A stretch of DNA of 64,000 bases from the human T2T-CHM13v2.0 reference genome, Homo sapiens, in NCBI RefSeq assembly GCF_009914755.1, contig NC_060931.1; one strand, 5' to 3'. The notes under the pieces are model-generated. The model saw only the letters and a list, made by a program, of their open reading frames with translations, was not told the origin of the DNA and searched no databases. Shown here piece after piece: positions 41,567 to 56,055 of the stretch (position 1 is its first letter; each line of letters opens with the position of its first letter). Position numbers and translations under genes: made by a program.

Positions 41567-42061
41567 TCCTGTATTGCAATTCTTCTCCCCAGAGGATTCC
41601 AATGTTACTGTCTTTTTGTATAATTCCTGTTCAATTGTATGCACGTACAACCGTATATACATACATAGATTAAAGGACCTAGATCTATTTCCTGGCTCTT
41701 CACTAACCGTGTAACTGGCCAACAAACTTAACCTCTTAAAGGCAGAGCACATTTGTGAATTGTAAATGCCAAACTAGATAAATAGGTTTCTCCCACTTAT
41801 AAAATAGCACAACTGATGAAAGCTGACAACAGCTCCATTTATTTTCATCTGATGTTTAAACATGCTTCTTTAATCCATGATAGAAAGTTAGTTATTTACC
41901 TCTATGTCTGAAAGCCACAGGGATTTATGATCTTATCTGTCTCCTCTATATGTCTATCCTACTTGATGTCTTATAGCTTAAAATAATTAAAACCTCGCCT
42001 AGAAGATAATTCATGACTCAAAAACATCCTCAGTCCGAACTCACTGATTTCCCAAAAAAAA

Positions 42062-42250
42062 ATGTGGGCGCAGTGTGGCCAGATCTTTGAATTTTTCAAG
42101 AGAAACCACTAATCCAAGTTCTTAAAATCTCCTGATTAAAAAATGTTGGTAAACTATAAAATTTTAATTTTAAAATAAATAGCTCTGTGCAGATCAAGCA
42201 AAGTATAGACAAGTGTTGTATTTAGCTTATGACTCCTGAGAGTTTCAGTC
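42062..42250. mobile_element. MER103-like hAT-Charlie fragment
   Basis: cagtgtggccagatctttgaatttttcaagagaa...aaatctcctgatt..aaatgttgg. Confidence 0.55.
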
Positions 42251-44050
42251 TAGAACCTGCTGACTGATAAGGAACTAAATTAAATACAGTCTGTATAAAT
42301 ACTTTATTAAATACAGTATCATCACCTTGACACAAGATAGAGGATACTGATGGGAGACTAGCCCTATCTTTATGTCAAAAGCAACTGCTTATAACTTTTC
42401 TTGACTTTACTCTTACTAAATATAGTTTACTCAGCTCTTGATCTCAAAGACATTTTCCTGAAGTTAACTGTTACTTTTTGTGACTTTTGATCTTCCAGGG
42501 TAACTTGGATGTTTATCATGTTATTGCCCCTTTATATTAATGGTAATATTGTATCAGAGATGGAAAGAACACAGAATCCCTATTGACATGTAATCCAAAA
42601 GGAACAGTTTAGCACAGTCTCATGTTCTCCCAAAGGTCCATATCCTAATGAGTCAACTCCAACTCCAAAGGACACCTGAACTCATTCATCTGTATCCTCT
42701 GTCTTGGGAGAAACCCTCATCAATATACATCAATATAGTGCTAAAGTCAAACACATACTACTTAAAATGATCCTGGCCGGAGATAAGCAAGTGAAATTGC
42801 ATTGAATGATCGATGAAACTGTTTAGGCATCAATAGGAAAAAAGAAGCCAGAAAAATGCTATTACCAGAAAAAAATGATTTCAGGATCAAATGAAAGAAA
42901 GTTGTATGAAGACAGTAACACAAATTTGAAAATCTTAAGTAAAATTAAATGCCTTGGAATATCCATTATAATTATTCAGCAACATTTCTTCTCAAATTTG
43001 TATTTTTCTTCTTTCTATAGCTTTGGCTAATTTCTTTCCATTTCTGCTTTGTAACACTCGTGTATCTGTGCAGTCAGAGAATCTACTTTTTTAAGGCTGT
43101 TTTTACTAGAAATAAATATGAGTATAGCATCACTCTGTTTTTCACTTGAAGGTTTTTCTATGGAATAATGGAATAAGCCAGAGCTAGATGCTCCATTGCA
43201 GGTTGAATTAAGTCCACTATTTTGGTTGGTTTAACAGTAAATGAAAATCACATGCAAAAATTACCCATAGCCTTCAGCAATCATCTGAAGAATATTTAGC
43301 AAACTGAAAAAAAAATTGCACCGTGATTTCTACATAGTGTCACTAATAAAAAAGTAGAAAATAGAACCTCAAAGTTCTTCTAAATTAGCTGCCTAATGCA
43401 TTTTGATTAAACACTTCCACATGCTTATTATAAACCACTAATGTGATTCACATTGTGACTTATTTCTATGAGTGACACCTCAATGATTTATAAGTAACAC
43501 TTTATGAGTACAACATGGAAGGAATATATACCTTTGGAGGCCTTTACTAGAGGCACATGGACAATAATCATCTTGCTAAATGTTCTATATACAGGCCTAT
43601 CATCAGTTCTTGGCACAAGGACTCTCAGAAAACCTTCTTTAACACCTGTTGTCATTTACATTAAAGATAACTGGCTTTGGTATTTCAATATCCAACATTC
43701 TCCCACTAACAGATTTGTCCCAGGCTCCCTAACGATCTGAGTTCATTTTAACTTATCTGGAACCACTGTGAGTGCCATCCTTGCCAGAAGGTTTATAGCA
43801 AGCAAAATGTTTTGTCTACTTTGATTATTCATTTTTTTAGATTGACTTTATAGGTTGAAAGGGCATGGTGGTGATTACATGGAGACACAGTTAAATTCTT
43901 GCAAAGTAGAATTAGATTCACTATTCCCTCCGTTTTGTTTCTATGTTCTCAAACACCATATACCAAAAAATCTCATAGACCCAATACCTACCTCATTTCT
44001 CACAGGTTCCTAGAAATCCTATTCTTCTCAGTGAAGTAATATACAAATGG

Positions 44051-44415
44051 TGTATTAGCCTATTCTCATGCTGCTATGAAGAAAAATACTCAAGACTGGG
44101 TAATTTATAAAGAAAAGAGGTTTAATTGACTCACAGTTCTGCATGGCTGTGGAGGCCTCAGGAAACTTATAATCATGGCAGAAGGCATCTCTTCACAGGG
44201 TGACAGAAGAAAAGAATGGGTGTCAAGTGAAGTGGGGAAAACCCCTTTTAAAACCATCAGGTCTGGTGAGAACTCACTATCATGAGAACAAGATGGGAGT
44301 AACCTCCCCCAGTGATTGAATTACCTCTTACTGGGTCCCCTCCTATGACATGGGGGGATTATGGGAACTAAAATTCAGGATGAGACTTGGGTGGGGACAC
44401 AGCCAAATCATATCA
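44051..44415 (-). mobile_element. THE1 solo LTR (THE1C/D-like)
   Basis: tgtattag...gactcacagttctgcatggc...ggaggcctcaggaaactta...gggacacagccaaatcatatca; TSD aatgg/aatgt. Confidence 0.92.
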
Positions 44416-46689
44416 AATGTGAACAAATGGTAACTATTTAATATTTTTTATATCCCACATCCAATATGGAATCTTAAACACTGATTATTCTCTTGATTTC
44501 ACAAATCATGAAACTGAGAATTAAGTGGCTTTCCTCACAATGTTAATTCATAATAACTGTGTTTCTGGAACCTGGGTCCAGTTTTTTCTCCATTTCATCA
44601 TAGTAATTTAAATACTTGTTCAAGGATAGACCAATCCAGTGTCAGATAGTGTCATAGACAAACACCATGCATGAAGGATATTATTATACCTTCTTGTGCT
44701 GTACATTAAATCAAATAAAATTATGTATAAATATTGAGTTTTGGTAAATATTCAGCAAATATAAAATCAGTTAACATAAAAGCATAAATTGTATAAAAAA
44801 TCCACATTAGGTTTTAATCTGTATCCATCAATGTCCTTGGAGTATGTAAGCATGAGAGATGATGATGCCACTTAAATAGCAAAGTTATTAGAGGTAGATA
44901 AGAGTTTTAAGCAGTAATTCTCTGGTAGCTAGCTGCTTTTCTCTTATATTTAGAGAGCTTACAGTCACACCTGATACCTAGGAAGAAAACTCACATTGAG
45001 AGTCAGAGAGAGTAGATTTCTGTTTTCTCCCAAGGGAGAATGTTTCAACTGTTCATGGGTTCAATAAAAAAGAGCTGGAATTTGTTCCTAGATCTGAACG
45101 CATTTAGGGAAAGCTGGCATGAGGGATATTTTACCTCAGAGAAAAGGAATGAACAAATTAGTCAACTTTTCCTTTCTGTGACAATTTGATCATAGGGAAG
45201 TAAATTCCAGAATATTGTTAAAGGCTGTGTATAGTTTCATTATTTTATCTTAATAAAAGGAAGTTTGGCTTACCAATAATGTGCTGAGCATATGGAGAAC
45301 ATTGAGAAGAATAAATGAGGCATTATTTTGGAGAGACAGTAATTAAACATTGTTCAGTGTTGTTTCTCCTTGCTCTTCTTGTTGTTGGTATGTGTTACTC
45401 TGCCCAACAAGTTATTAGGCAAAAAATGCTTTTTAAGAAAATTTAGCTCACTGTGGGCATGCATGAGATAGTAGGCATTCTAAGCAGCTAATTTTTTCAG
45501 CCAAAGTTATCAGATGGCTAAGAAAATTGCAGTATAGTTTAGGTATAGTTGATAAGAAGGTTGAATTTACTTAGTTATAGCAGGTAGTAATCTTCATTCT
45601 AGAAACTAAACAATTCATGGGCAAATGTCTGCATAATGGGAAAGGGTCCTCATGAAAATGCAAATTTAAACTTATCTCTATTGTTTTTACATATGTAGAT
45701 AACATCAGAGGAGCAAAAACAAAATCTCCCCGGCTCACTTCTCCGCCATTATGTAAGTAGAAATTGCAAGACTTGAAAGAGATATAACATATACTTAAAA
45801 TACCATTTTGATTACAGAAGAGGTAGTTCAGGAAGCTAAACCCCTATATTTAACAGTGATTCTCAGGGGTGAGGAGAATTTGATAGCATTTCTTAAAGGC
45901 ATGAGTGATTAGTAATAAAAATGTGCATGTAAAATTGCCTCTGATTTTTAGCCAGCAGAAGAAAAAAGCAGACATCTAGGAAGGATATCATGTGCGTATC
46001 ATGTACATCGTATCTTGTAAAAAAGAAAGTCTAAATACTTGGAAGTGCCAGGTGACAATCCAGATAGCTGAGTTGTTACCATGCTTTTCAATTTGGCTTT
46101 AGGAAAATAATGACATGTTCATGCAATAGCAGCTACTACATTTTAAGTGGACACATAAATAAAAATAAATTTATAGCAGCTTATCAAATGCAATTCTTTT
46201 TAAAAATAACAAAGTATACGGCTAGAGATAAAAACAGTAAGCAAACATATTATGCAAATTATTTTTAAATCTGTTTAAATGAATCATTGAGAAAGTGTTA
46301 AAATACAAAGATGAATAGCACTATGGATTATGAATCGTGGAATATTTATTGTTACACAGTAACATATGAATTCGGTAATATTGACCTAATAAAGCCCAGA
46401 TAGCATTTACATTAGAATCTGCAAATAAATAGCTTGTTAATTCACATTATCTTCAGAAAATGGGTTTGATTTCTATTAACCTTGACTCTTGTCAAGCAGT
46501 TAATATGACAGAAGAAATAACAAATGCTCTTTTACCATTAAGCTATAGCAAGAAGACCTCTATTTCCAGTATTTAGAACCATTTCACGGACTGTTAGGGG
46601 AATCGAAAGATCACCCCGCCATAGATCTTCAGTTTGCTCATTATGGATGAAATAAATATACAATCCAAATTTAACTTCACTTTCAAAGG

Positions 46690-47700
46690 CATATAAGATG
46701 GCCTCCCTACTTGTCCTGCCTATTTAAAAAATTTTTATGACGGTAAATAAACCCTGGAAAATTCCTTCTCAGATTTTACCGCCTGAAACTGCAGCTGTTG
46801 GCTGCCACTATCACAGTCTCACAACTACAAACTCACGTGCAAACCTCATCAAGGGCAGACATTTCTAATTGATTCCAGAAGTATGTTTTTTTTTTTTTTT
46901 CCTTAGATCAGGGTGCAAAGGAAGAATAATGAGCAGCTTTTCAGAGGGAACTGGGCGTTTGGGTGTTCAGGGGAGGGGGTGGTGCTTTTAAAATCTCAGG
47001 CTTGGCCAGAAATGCGTGGCAATTTTACGGTCAATTGGCGGGAGCATCTGGAACCAGACATTCTGGCCTTGAGTTGATGGTAGGGAAACCAGCTTACAGG
47101 CAACAGCAAGCCCATAATGAGTCCCTGTCATGTACTAGTGGAAACCACGTTGACGGTCTGCCAAATATCCATGCGCCTTTTTCTCAGCGACAGGATTCTC
47201 CTTAGAGCCATTATCTAGTATCTGAAATCTGTCCACTTACAGATCTTCACCTGTTTTCGCTATTAAAGACAATGCAAAAACAAAAGCTAAAAATTAGAAC
47301 GTGTATGTGTTTAATTCCTTGTGTGCTGACATGGCTCTATATCATAAGATTGTGTTTACTTTCATTTGGGGCATATATTTCAAACGCAGCGGCCATCTTG
47401 TTACTGCATGGGGAGTGTCGGATGCGCAGGTCATAAATCATAGCACTGCGCACGGCACACTCAGACGAAAGGAGGTGAAACGCAGGCCCTTTGTTATTTC
47501 AAATGTAGGACAGGTGATTATTTTTAAAAAGGTGGGAAGGGGGCAGGGTTCTTTTTTAAATGTCCAGCAGAAAACCAAGGGTGGAAATAACTTCTTAGGA
47601 GTAAATGATGTTTACTTTAAGCTGCTGCTCGTAATTCACCACGCTGACGTTGGTAGATTACATCCACGAATAAGTCATGTAATAATAGGACAGCCATGAA
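46690..47700. promoter_or_regulatory. CpG-enriched, repeat-free candidate promoter/enhancer
   Basis: Locally high CpG; YY1-like CAAGATGGCCGC (minus, 47400-47389); PBX-HOX TGATTTATGAC (minus, 47440-47430); MTF1-type TGCGCACGGCAC (47447-47458); FOX TGTTTAC; E-box CACGTG (46834); G4 motif at 46946-46979. Confidence 0.55.
47241..47286 (-). ncRNA. Candidate exon 3' portion or alternative first exon of the minus-strand transcript
   Basis: Donor TCT|gtaagt at 47241; possible acceptors at 47286 (ctaatttttag) or 47259 (tctttaatag), or a transcription start near the YY1 motif. Confidence 0.35.
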
Positions 47701-48730
47701 AAATGTAGAGATGTGTCAACAGGGTGGAAACTGGTTCCTTGGTGAAGAACAAGCCATGCAGAAAGCTGGATTTCTAACATTCTCAAATCTCTTTTTATCC
47801 AAACAATCTAATTAATGGGGATTGTATTCATGTTATAACTCACTCAAAATTCCTAGGCTTATGATGTTAAACTAAATTCAACATGTTTGCTCTTAGTTGA
47901 TCTACTCTTGGGGGGAATCCCTGCCTGTTTTCAGACCAAAGTAAAACAAGCACAAAAGCAAGACTAAATGAAACAAAACTACTCAACTAAAAGAAAAAAG
48001 AAATGTATTTAAAATACTTTTTTAAAAAACTCAGTATTTTTTGGACGTGAAATTTTTCCGAAAACACCTATGTTCTGATGATTGCAGTATGTGTGAATCA
48101 GAAATATATATTAGTGTTGCTCAAAATAGACATAATATTAAAATACATTAAACTGACAGTGAACAAATAGTAGAAAATGACATCTACTTGAACAAAGTAT
48201 TATTTGCAAAAGCAACTGCACTTGTTGGATGCCTGTGTTGGTACTTTAAAAATAACAGCATATGGGAGAAGGGACAGGTGAGTAAGAATATAAGCTATAT
48301 TTGTGTCTTTTAATTGCCTTAATAAAGATGATGCATAGAAAACTATCATGTATTATTCTCTTAGGTGTGGATTCAGTATTTTAAAAACCCATACAAAGCC
48401 AATACATTTTGGAAAATTTCATGTGATAGTTTGCAATTTACTGTGTCAAAACTAGTCTTTTATAAAGCAGAGAAGCAATACTATGTTCTAATATTGCTTA
48501 ATTTTACTTCCAAGTATTTTGTTGTTCATGGAAAGAAAAAGTGACCATTTTTAGAAGGAATACAGGAAGAGGACAATGTTTTTTTAAAGGAGACCACAAA
48601 TAAATCACCCCAAATGGCTTATTTTCACCTTCAACTTAGCCCCACAACTCAGTCCATCAGTTATTTTCTATGTACCATTACAGAACAGTAAAAAATGTGT
48701 ACATGATAGATGTATATCACGAATGAGATA

Positions 48731-48977
48731 AATATATATACGTGTATACACGTGTATACACGTGTATATACACACGCGTGTATACACACGCGTGTATACA
48801 CACGCGTGTATACAGACGCGTGTATACACACGCGTGTATATAGACGCGTGTATATAGACGCGTGTATACACACGCGTGTGTATACACGCGTGTGTATACA
48901 CACGCGTGTGTATACACGCGTGTGTATACACACGCGTGTGTATATACGCGTGTGTATATACACGTGTGTATATACGC

Positions 48978-49016
<39 letters not shown>
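48731..49016. repeat. CpG-rich alternating purine-pyrimidine minisatellite (TATACACACGCGTG-like)n followed by (TA)n
   Basis: Directly visible. Confidence 0.97.
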
Positions 49017-49017
<1 letters not shown>

Positions 49018-49696
49018 CTCCCCTCATAGGACCTGCAACAGTAAACATTTGTTAATTGCATGTGATGGAATGATACATCTTGAGAAAGACTATACCCTTA
49101 TATTCTAAAAATATTCATAAGGGTGGTAAGTGAAAGAAAACAATTTTTTAAGTGGCGGGATACTCAAATTGAGTTAGAAGTTAAGAAAGAAGAAGAAATG
49201 CAAAGCTTTATTATATTAACACAAAAATATCAAAGAGGATCTGCTAATAACCCCAGTGTTTACGTTTTACGCTATTCCCTGAATTTTTTCTCGTAATTCA
49301 CGAGAATTTGTTTTCTAAAAATAAAAATATATTATATCCTATAAAATATATTCTCATATGTTACATAAAGGTAATTTTCAAATATGTTAATTTATAGCAT
49401 ATAAAAGGGATACAATCTGGGACTATGCTAGGATGAAGTGGTTTATGCTCACTTATACATGGCTAATGAACAGGTAAAATGATAAATATTTGGCCTATTG
49501 AAGAGAAGATTCCTGCACTCACTAACATAGTACCATGGACATAGATTTTCCAATGTTTCAGAAATTTTGATATGATGTAGGGTGAATTTGGGATTAATTT
49601 TAAATGTGAGTATCCTCCCCTATACAAGAATAGAGAAAAATCATCATCTGTGCACTTAAAATTAAAACAGTAAATCTTGCTAAAGAAGCCAATATT

Positions 49697-50013
<317 letters not shown>

Positions 50014-50284
50014 TCATGGAATTAATTCAAATTATGTATTAGCTTAATATTTTTGCATAATTATAGCCTGTATTCATAACCCTCCCCAGGAGTTGTACAA
50101 ATGGAAACTGGTTGTTAGAGGAGGAATTGTAGCTGGATATATCAGCACTATATGGAAAAAATTGATGTCTATCTGAATTAATAATAATGGATGGTATAAT
50201 AGTACCATCTTCATACATAAAGGGGAGTATTGTATTATATGGAATTATTCTGTGGAAATAAAAACCATTTGCGTGCAGTCCAGG

Positions 50285-51240
50285 GGTGATGAGACAAACT
50301 ACAACCTGGGAGAAGATACTTTCAATAAACATAAATGACAAAGGACTGATATTATAATCATACACAGAATTTCTAAAAATCAAGAAAAAGAAAACAATGG
50401 GTAAAAGGTACAAAAAAATCACAGAAAAGGAAACACAAATTCCTTCAAACATAATGATCCACTTCAATAGTAAACAGAAAATAGTAATTAGAAATACAAT
50501 CAGATACTACTTAATTTCCCAAATGGACAATAGGTTAGAAATCTGACAATTACAACTTCGGTGAGGAAAGGTCCACTGATAGAAGGACATTTTATAATCA
50601 CTTGGAAAACAACTTGGCATCAGCTAAAGAATTTAAACAAGCACATTTGCTACAATCCAGCAATTCCCATCTAGATGTATAAACTAGAGAAACTCTACAT
50701 ACATGCAATGTGCACTAGATGTGTAGATGAATTTTTATTGCAGCATTGCAATAGAAAAAAATAGAAACAAACACTAGAGAATAGACAGATATGTATAGTC
50801 AACAGTGAACCAATTTACAGGAATAGAAATGGATACAAGTACAGGCAACAAAAAGAATACATTTTAAAAATAAACATTTTTGCAGAAATTTTATATAGCA
50901 TAGGAAACTATATATAAGAAACCATATATAGTATATAAGATACCATTTTATTGTACTCACAAATTTTAAAAAATGAAATAATATATTGCTTAATGATACC
51001 TTGAAGAAAATCTGAAAAATTAAAATCATGGAAATGATAAGCACAAAGTACAAAATAACTGTTCTATCTGTGGAAATATGAGTGGTATCACACAGACAGC
51101 AGATAATACAGTGTTATTAATACTTGACTGGTATTATATAATTTTATTTAGAATGGTGTTTATTTTATCTTTTATAAAAATATATCTAATTTAATATCTC
51201 TCAAATGCTATATGAAAAAATGTGATTAAAAATATTAAAT
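50285..51240 (+). mobile_element. L1ME-like ORF2 end and 3' UTR fragment
   Basis: aacctgggagaagatact...aaatgacaaaggactgata...atccagcaattccc...tttattgcagcattg. Confidence 0.7.
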
Positions 51241-51299
51241 AAAACTAATATAGCTACTACTTATAAATGCAAACTTTGTACACTTTATAAAAATATTAG

Positions 51300-51606
51300 G
51301 GCCCGGTTGCAGTGGCTCAAGCCTGTAATCCCAGCACTTTGGGAGGCCGAGACAGGCAGGTCACCTGAAGTCAGGTGTTCGAGACCAGCCTGGCCAACAT
51401 GGCGAAATCCCCTCTCTACTAAAATTACAAAAAAAAAAAAAAAAAAAAATTAGCCAGGTGTGGTGGCAGGTACCTGTAATCCCAGCTACTCAGGAGGCTG
51501 AGGCAGGAGAATCGCTTAAACCTGGGAGGCGGAGGATGCAGTGAGCCAAGATTGCACCATTGCACAGAAGCGAGACTCTGTCTCATGAAAAAAAAAAAGA
51601 AAAAAA
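51300..51606 (+). mobile_element. Alu (AluS) with an expanded middle A-tract
   Basis: Dimer with an A-run at about 51429-51449 and a small 3' deletion. Confidence 0.9.
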
Positions 51607-51663
51607 TAGACATTTGGATAATACTGAAATAGATGAGTCAAAATTGCTCTATACTATGAATAT

Positions 51664-51665
<2 letters not shown>

Positions 51666-51705
<40 letters not shown>
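51666..51705. repeat. (GT)n microsatellite
   Basis: About 20 GT units. Confidence 0.97.
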
Positions 51706-51707
<2 letters not shown>

Positions 51708-51912
51708 CACCTTGAACCCAAAAGTACGTATATAGCAGACTAGCATACTTACCATGAAACATTGTTGAGGACAGTCTATTCCTTACATTCATCTTGTAGC
51801 CAGATAAACAGTTGAAATGACTCATTTAGGATGACTTCAGACAAACATTCTGTGATGACAATACACTAACCACCACCGTGAGATGAACCCAAGTAATAAA
51901 TAAAACCTCAGC

Positions 51913-52389
51913 GTGGTAGACGGATAAAAGGCCATAAATTTATGTGTGCCCTTTTGCAATTGATCTTACTGCTCTTCAAATCAAAAGAGTTTATTTCCCC
52001 ACCCTTTGATTTTCGGCTGGTCTGATAATTTGTTTGACCAATGGAATGTAGCAGAAATATATAGAGTCTCTGAGCCTAGGCTTCAAGAAGCCTTGCAAAT
52101 GCAGTCTTCAGCCTTGCAGATCTTGCAACTGCAATGTACAGAACTTGGCCTGGCCCACTAGAGGGTGAGAGGCTATGCGGACAGAAAACAGTGCGCTCCC
52201 TTGACAGCCAGAGAGAAGTCTTTCCACATTCGCTTTTATCTGAGCTGATTATGTGGAATACTGCTGAATGAGTAGGCCCAGGTGAACGCAGCAGAGAAAA
52301 CACCACAGAAATTGTGAGAAATAATAAATCTTCATTTGTTTTAAGCCATTAAGTTTTGGCTTGGTCATGCAAAAACAGATAAATGCCAA
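51913..52389 (+). mobile_element. MaLR solo LTR (MLT1H-like)
   Basis: tttatttccccaccctttga...ttgaccaatggaatgtagcagaa...gagcctaggcttcaagaagcc...ttttaagccattaagttttgg. Confidence 0.75.
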
Positions 52390-53511
52390 GGAAGCCTGAA
52401 TTTTACCAAATAAACACATATATACATACCAAAGAAAAGAAAGGAAGAGAAAAAAAGCAAGACAGGAAAAGGAAGAACCCATGAAAGTATGAAGCTTGCT
52501 AAGAACTGTTGAATCTTCCTTCATTATCTGATACATATATGTTGACATATTAACTGGGTAAAACGAGACATCTGAATATGCATCCCTTGCATTTTGAAGT
52601 CAATGAACATTTAATTCACCATTCTATTTAAGAGTTGAAATTACAACGTGTTCTTCTGAAGTTTGGCATGTAACAGCTACATAGCAGGAATTGTCAGTGC
52701 ACATTTAATATTTATTGAATAGATCAATAAAAATTGAAGAGTCTTAAGGTTGCTGCTTTGAGTATTGGTTTCTTCTGCACATAAAATGGCTGAGGCAGCA
52801 AATTGTTAACCTTGGGTTAATGCTTTTTCAAAAGAGCTGCCCAGACGAGATGATAACGTGGAAAGGATAATAAGAAGGCATAATAATTAGATTGCAGAGT
52901 TGGAAGACAAGTAGGGTGTTTCCTAAAGGGTGAGATACGTACTAATTAATGTTGGTACTCCGTGATTTCAGTCAGAACTGTGAATTAGGAGGGTAAGAAT
53001 CCCTCCAGGGATTCCCTTCTTAGATGCAGGTGGGATTTTCTGCACTCCAAACTCAGTCCCCTCCCCAAGATAAAAAGACCTTAAACTTCCACTCTCCTGA
53101 GCTTAGCAGGGACTTCTGAACCATTGAGAAGGAAGCAACCCAAACCCACTCCTAGATAACTCAAATTCATGTATTCTCTGACATTAACAGCAACTCCCAG
53201 AACATGTCTTTGTGGTAAATCTCTGTCACCCAATGCCAGCAAGAGAAGGACAAGGAAGCGCCTCTCTGAGTTTTAGGTCTGTTCTACCTGTCTTAATTTT
53301 GCTTGCTTTGCCTTTATTCCTTGAAGTATTGGGGATGATGACCTAAATGTAACATTTTTAAAATAAAGCAGGGGTTGGGATGGAAATGATAGAAGCGATT
53401 TTAACAATGGCATTAAGATAAATATCCCCATATTACTGGATGATCCTATTCAATGCCATTTTTATAAGGATTTTATTTTCAGATATGGAGTTTTATAAAT
53501 TAATTAGATTT

Positions 53512-53831
<320 letters not shown>

Positions 53832-54767
53832 TCATAAATTGATGACATTTTAAATTTATGCTTTGGGTGTTTCTAATGTGTGGTTTTCTATTACTGTAAT
53901 GAAAACATTTCATTTAAAAGAAATATATTTACATTTTTTAAAATGAAATACCTTAAATATAAACATTGAGAAGAGTCAAAGTGGCCTACATATATATCAT
54001 GTATGTTTTTTTGTAGAAGTAAAGTTTTTTGCAAGCAGTTCTTAAATATGAGTCCAATGAACAAAGGTAATCTTTCATACGACTCAGTTAGAAGCAAAGT
54101 TATCTGCTGTGTCTTAGAGCCATCATTTTATTTATCCTAAAATACGTCAACAACTAAACTCCTACCCCTGGTTCATTTCTCACTAAGCTGGGTTGAGTAA
54201 TCCACATTTGCCAAACAAGTTCTAAATAAAATGTTTTATTGTATGTTACATGGTCACTGCAATCATGACTAATTTGTGATATATGAAATCATAAAATACA
54301 AAAAATCCTGAAACCTTTCCATATGATAGTGTATTTGAATTATAGAAAAATACTATAAATTCATGTTCCAAAGACATTTTTAATACTCAGAGAAACTAAC
54401 TGGGAAAAGGAGAACTTATGTGTTCCTTACTAAGAATCATCACATGTGCCCTACAGCCTGTGCTTTTATTATATTCTCAGTAGTAATTATAGGAGTGGTA
54501 ATGTTAGTTGTACTGAAGCTTTTGGAGGAGTAGGCACAACATACTGCACGCACATTTACAGACATTATTATAAGTACTTTTTGTATGTATAATCTTATTT
54601 AATCCACATGTCCACCCGCCAAGGTAGGTACTACTTTTATTATTCTCATTATGCAGAAGAGAAATGAAAGCAGACAGAGGTACTCAAAAATCTGGTTGGA
54701 ATGACTGATAACAAAATTAAAATAACTACAAGCTTCAAAGGAAGTATTACATCGTTAGCAATAAGTA

Positions 54768-55251
54768 CACTCGACCCTTGAACAACTCGGAGGTTAGTGG
54801 GGCCAACCCCCCGTGCGGTCAAAAATTTGCCTATAACTTTCACCTCCCCGGAAAATATAGCTATTAATCACCTACTGTTGACCAGAAACCTTAGTGGTAA
54901 CATGAACAGACGATTAACACATATTCTGTATGTTGAATGTATGATACACTGTATTCTCACAATAAAGCTAAAGAAAAGAAAATGTTAAGAAAATAATAAG
55001 GAAGAAGTAGGTCATCATAAAGGTCTCTTTTTCTCATCATCTTCATGTTAAGTAGTCTGAGGAGGAGGAGGAAGAGGTGGGTTTGGCCTTGCTATCTCAG
55101 GAGTGGCAGAGGTTGGAGGAGGTGGAGGAGGTGGATGAGGTGTAAGGGGAGGCCGGAGAGACAGGCACACTTAGTGTAATATTTATTGAAAAAAAAATCC
55201 ACATATACATGGACCTGTGCATTCAAACCCTTGTTGTTTAAGGGTCAATTG
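54768..55251. mobile_element. Tigger2a-like DNA transposon
   Basis: TIRs ctcgacccttgaacaac ... gttgtttaagggtcaattg; typical Tigger2 interior. Confidence 0.8.
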
Positions 55252-55772
55252 GATCCAAAAGCTATAATAACTGCCAGGATATGGTCAATTCTTAAGGCAG
55301 GCAGTTCTGAGATTAATAAAGAGTACGTATGCATGCCCTCATGCCCACACCTGAGAACACATGCAGATAAAATCAGGTTATGATCCTCATGAAAATAAGA
55401 AGAAAAAACCAGATAAATTATAAATAAAGCAGAAATAAGCAGGCAAAATAATTCCCATGCCTTCTTCACCTTAGTGATGCCAGCCGGCTATAGCTAGAAT
55501 ATTGGCATTTTTAAAGAATCCTGGTTTCTGGAAATCATTTGTTACTAAGTGATGCCTTATATGAATAGGAGCCATAGGACACTGCTAACACAGCTTAGAA
55601 GCAGCGTCTCTCCACAGTGGGCTGCTCACTGTCACTGTCATCAGCACAATGGTGTCTTTGACTGAAACTGTGACAACTCTAGGGTCATGCAGCCATATCT
55701 CTCAAATATTTCCTCTCAGTACCTATCACAAAACTCTGAACATGTGAACTTAGTTGAAAAAAAAAAAAAGAT

Positions 55773-56055
55773 CTTTGGGAGGCCAAGGCAGGCGGATCAC
55801 CAGGTCAGGAGATTGAGACCATCCTGGCTAACATGGTGAAACCCCATCTCTACTAAAAATACAAAAAAATTAGCCGGGCGTGGTGGCGGGCACCTGTAGT
55901 CCCAGCTACTCAGGAAGCTGAGGTGGGAGAATGGCGTGAACCTGGGAGGCGGAGCTTGCAGTGAGCCGAGATCGCGCCACTGTGCTCCAGCCTGGGCAAC
56001 AGAGCGAGACTGTGTCTCAAAAAAAAAAAAAAAAAAAAAAAAAAAAGAAAAAAAA
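55773..56055 (+). mobile_element. AluY, 5'-truncated
   Basis: ggagaatggcgtgaacc, ggagcttgcagtgagccgagatcgcgcc; long A tail. Confidence 0.93.

Noticed and set aside
47241-47259. Micro-exon reading RKQVKI, resembling homeodomain helix 3
   Set aside because: No other homeobox sequence nearby; a 6-residue match is expected by chance
47301-47699. 132-aa plus-strand ORF in the CpG-rich island
   Set aside because: GTG start, no recognisable domain or exon boundaries; the region looks regulatory
48661-49108. Overlapping 100-132-aa ORFs on both strands
   Set aside because: Translation of the RY minisatellite
50039-50467. 142-aa hydrophobic minus-strand ORF
   Set aside because: Largely antisense reading of A-rich old L1; non-ATG start; no splice support
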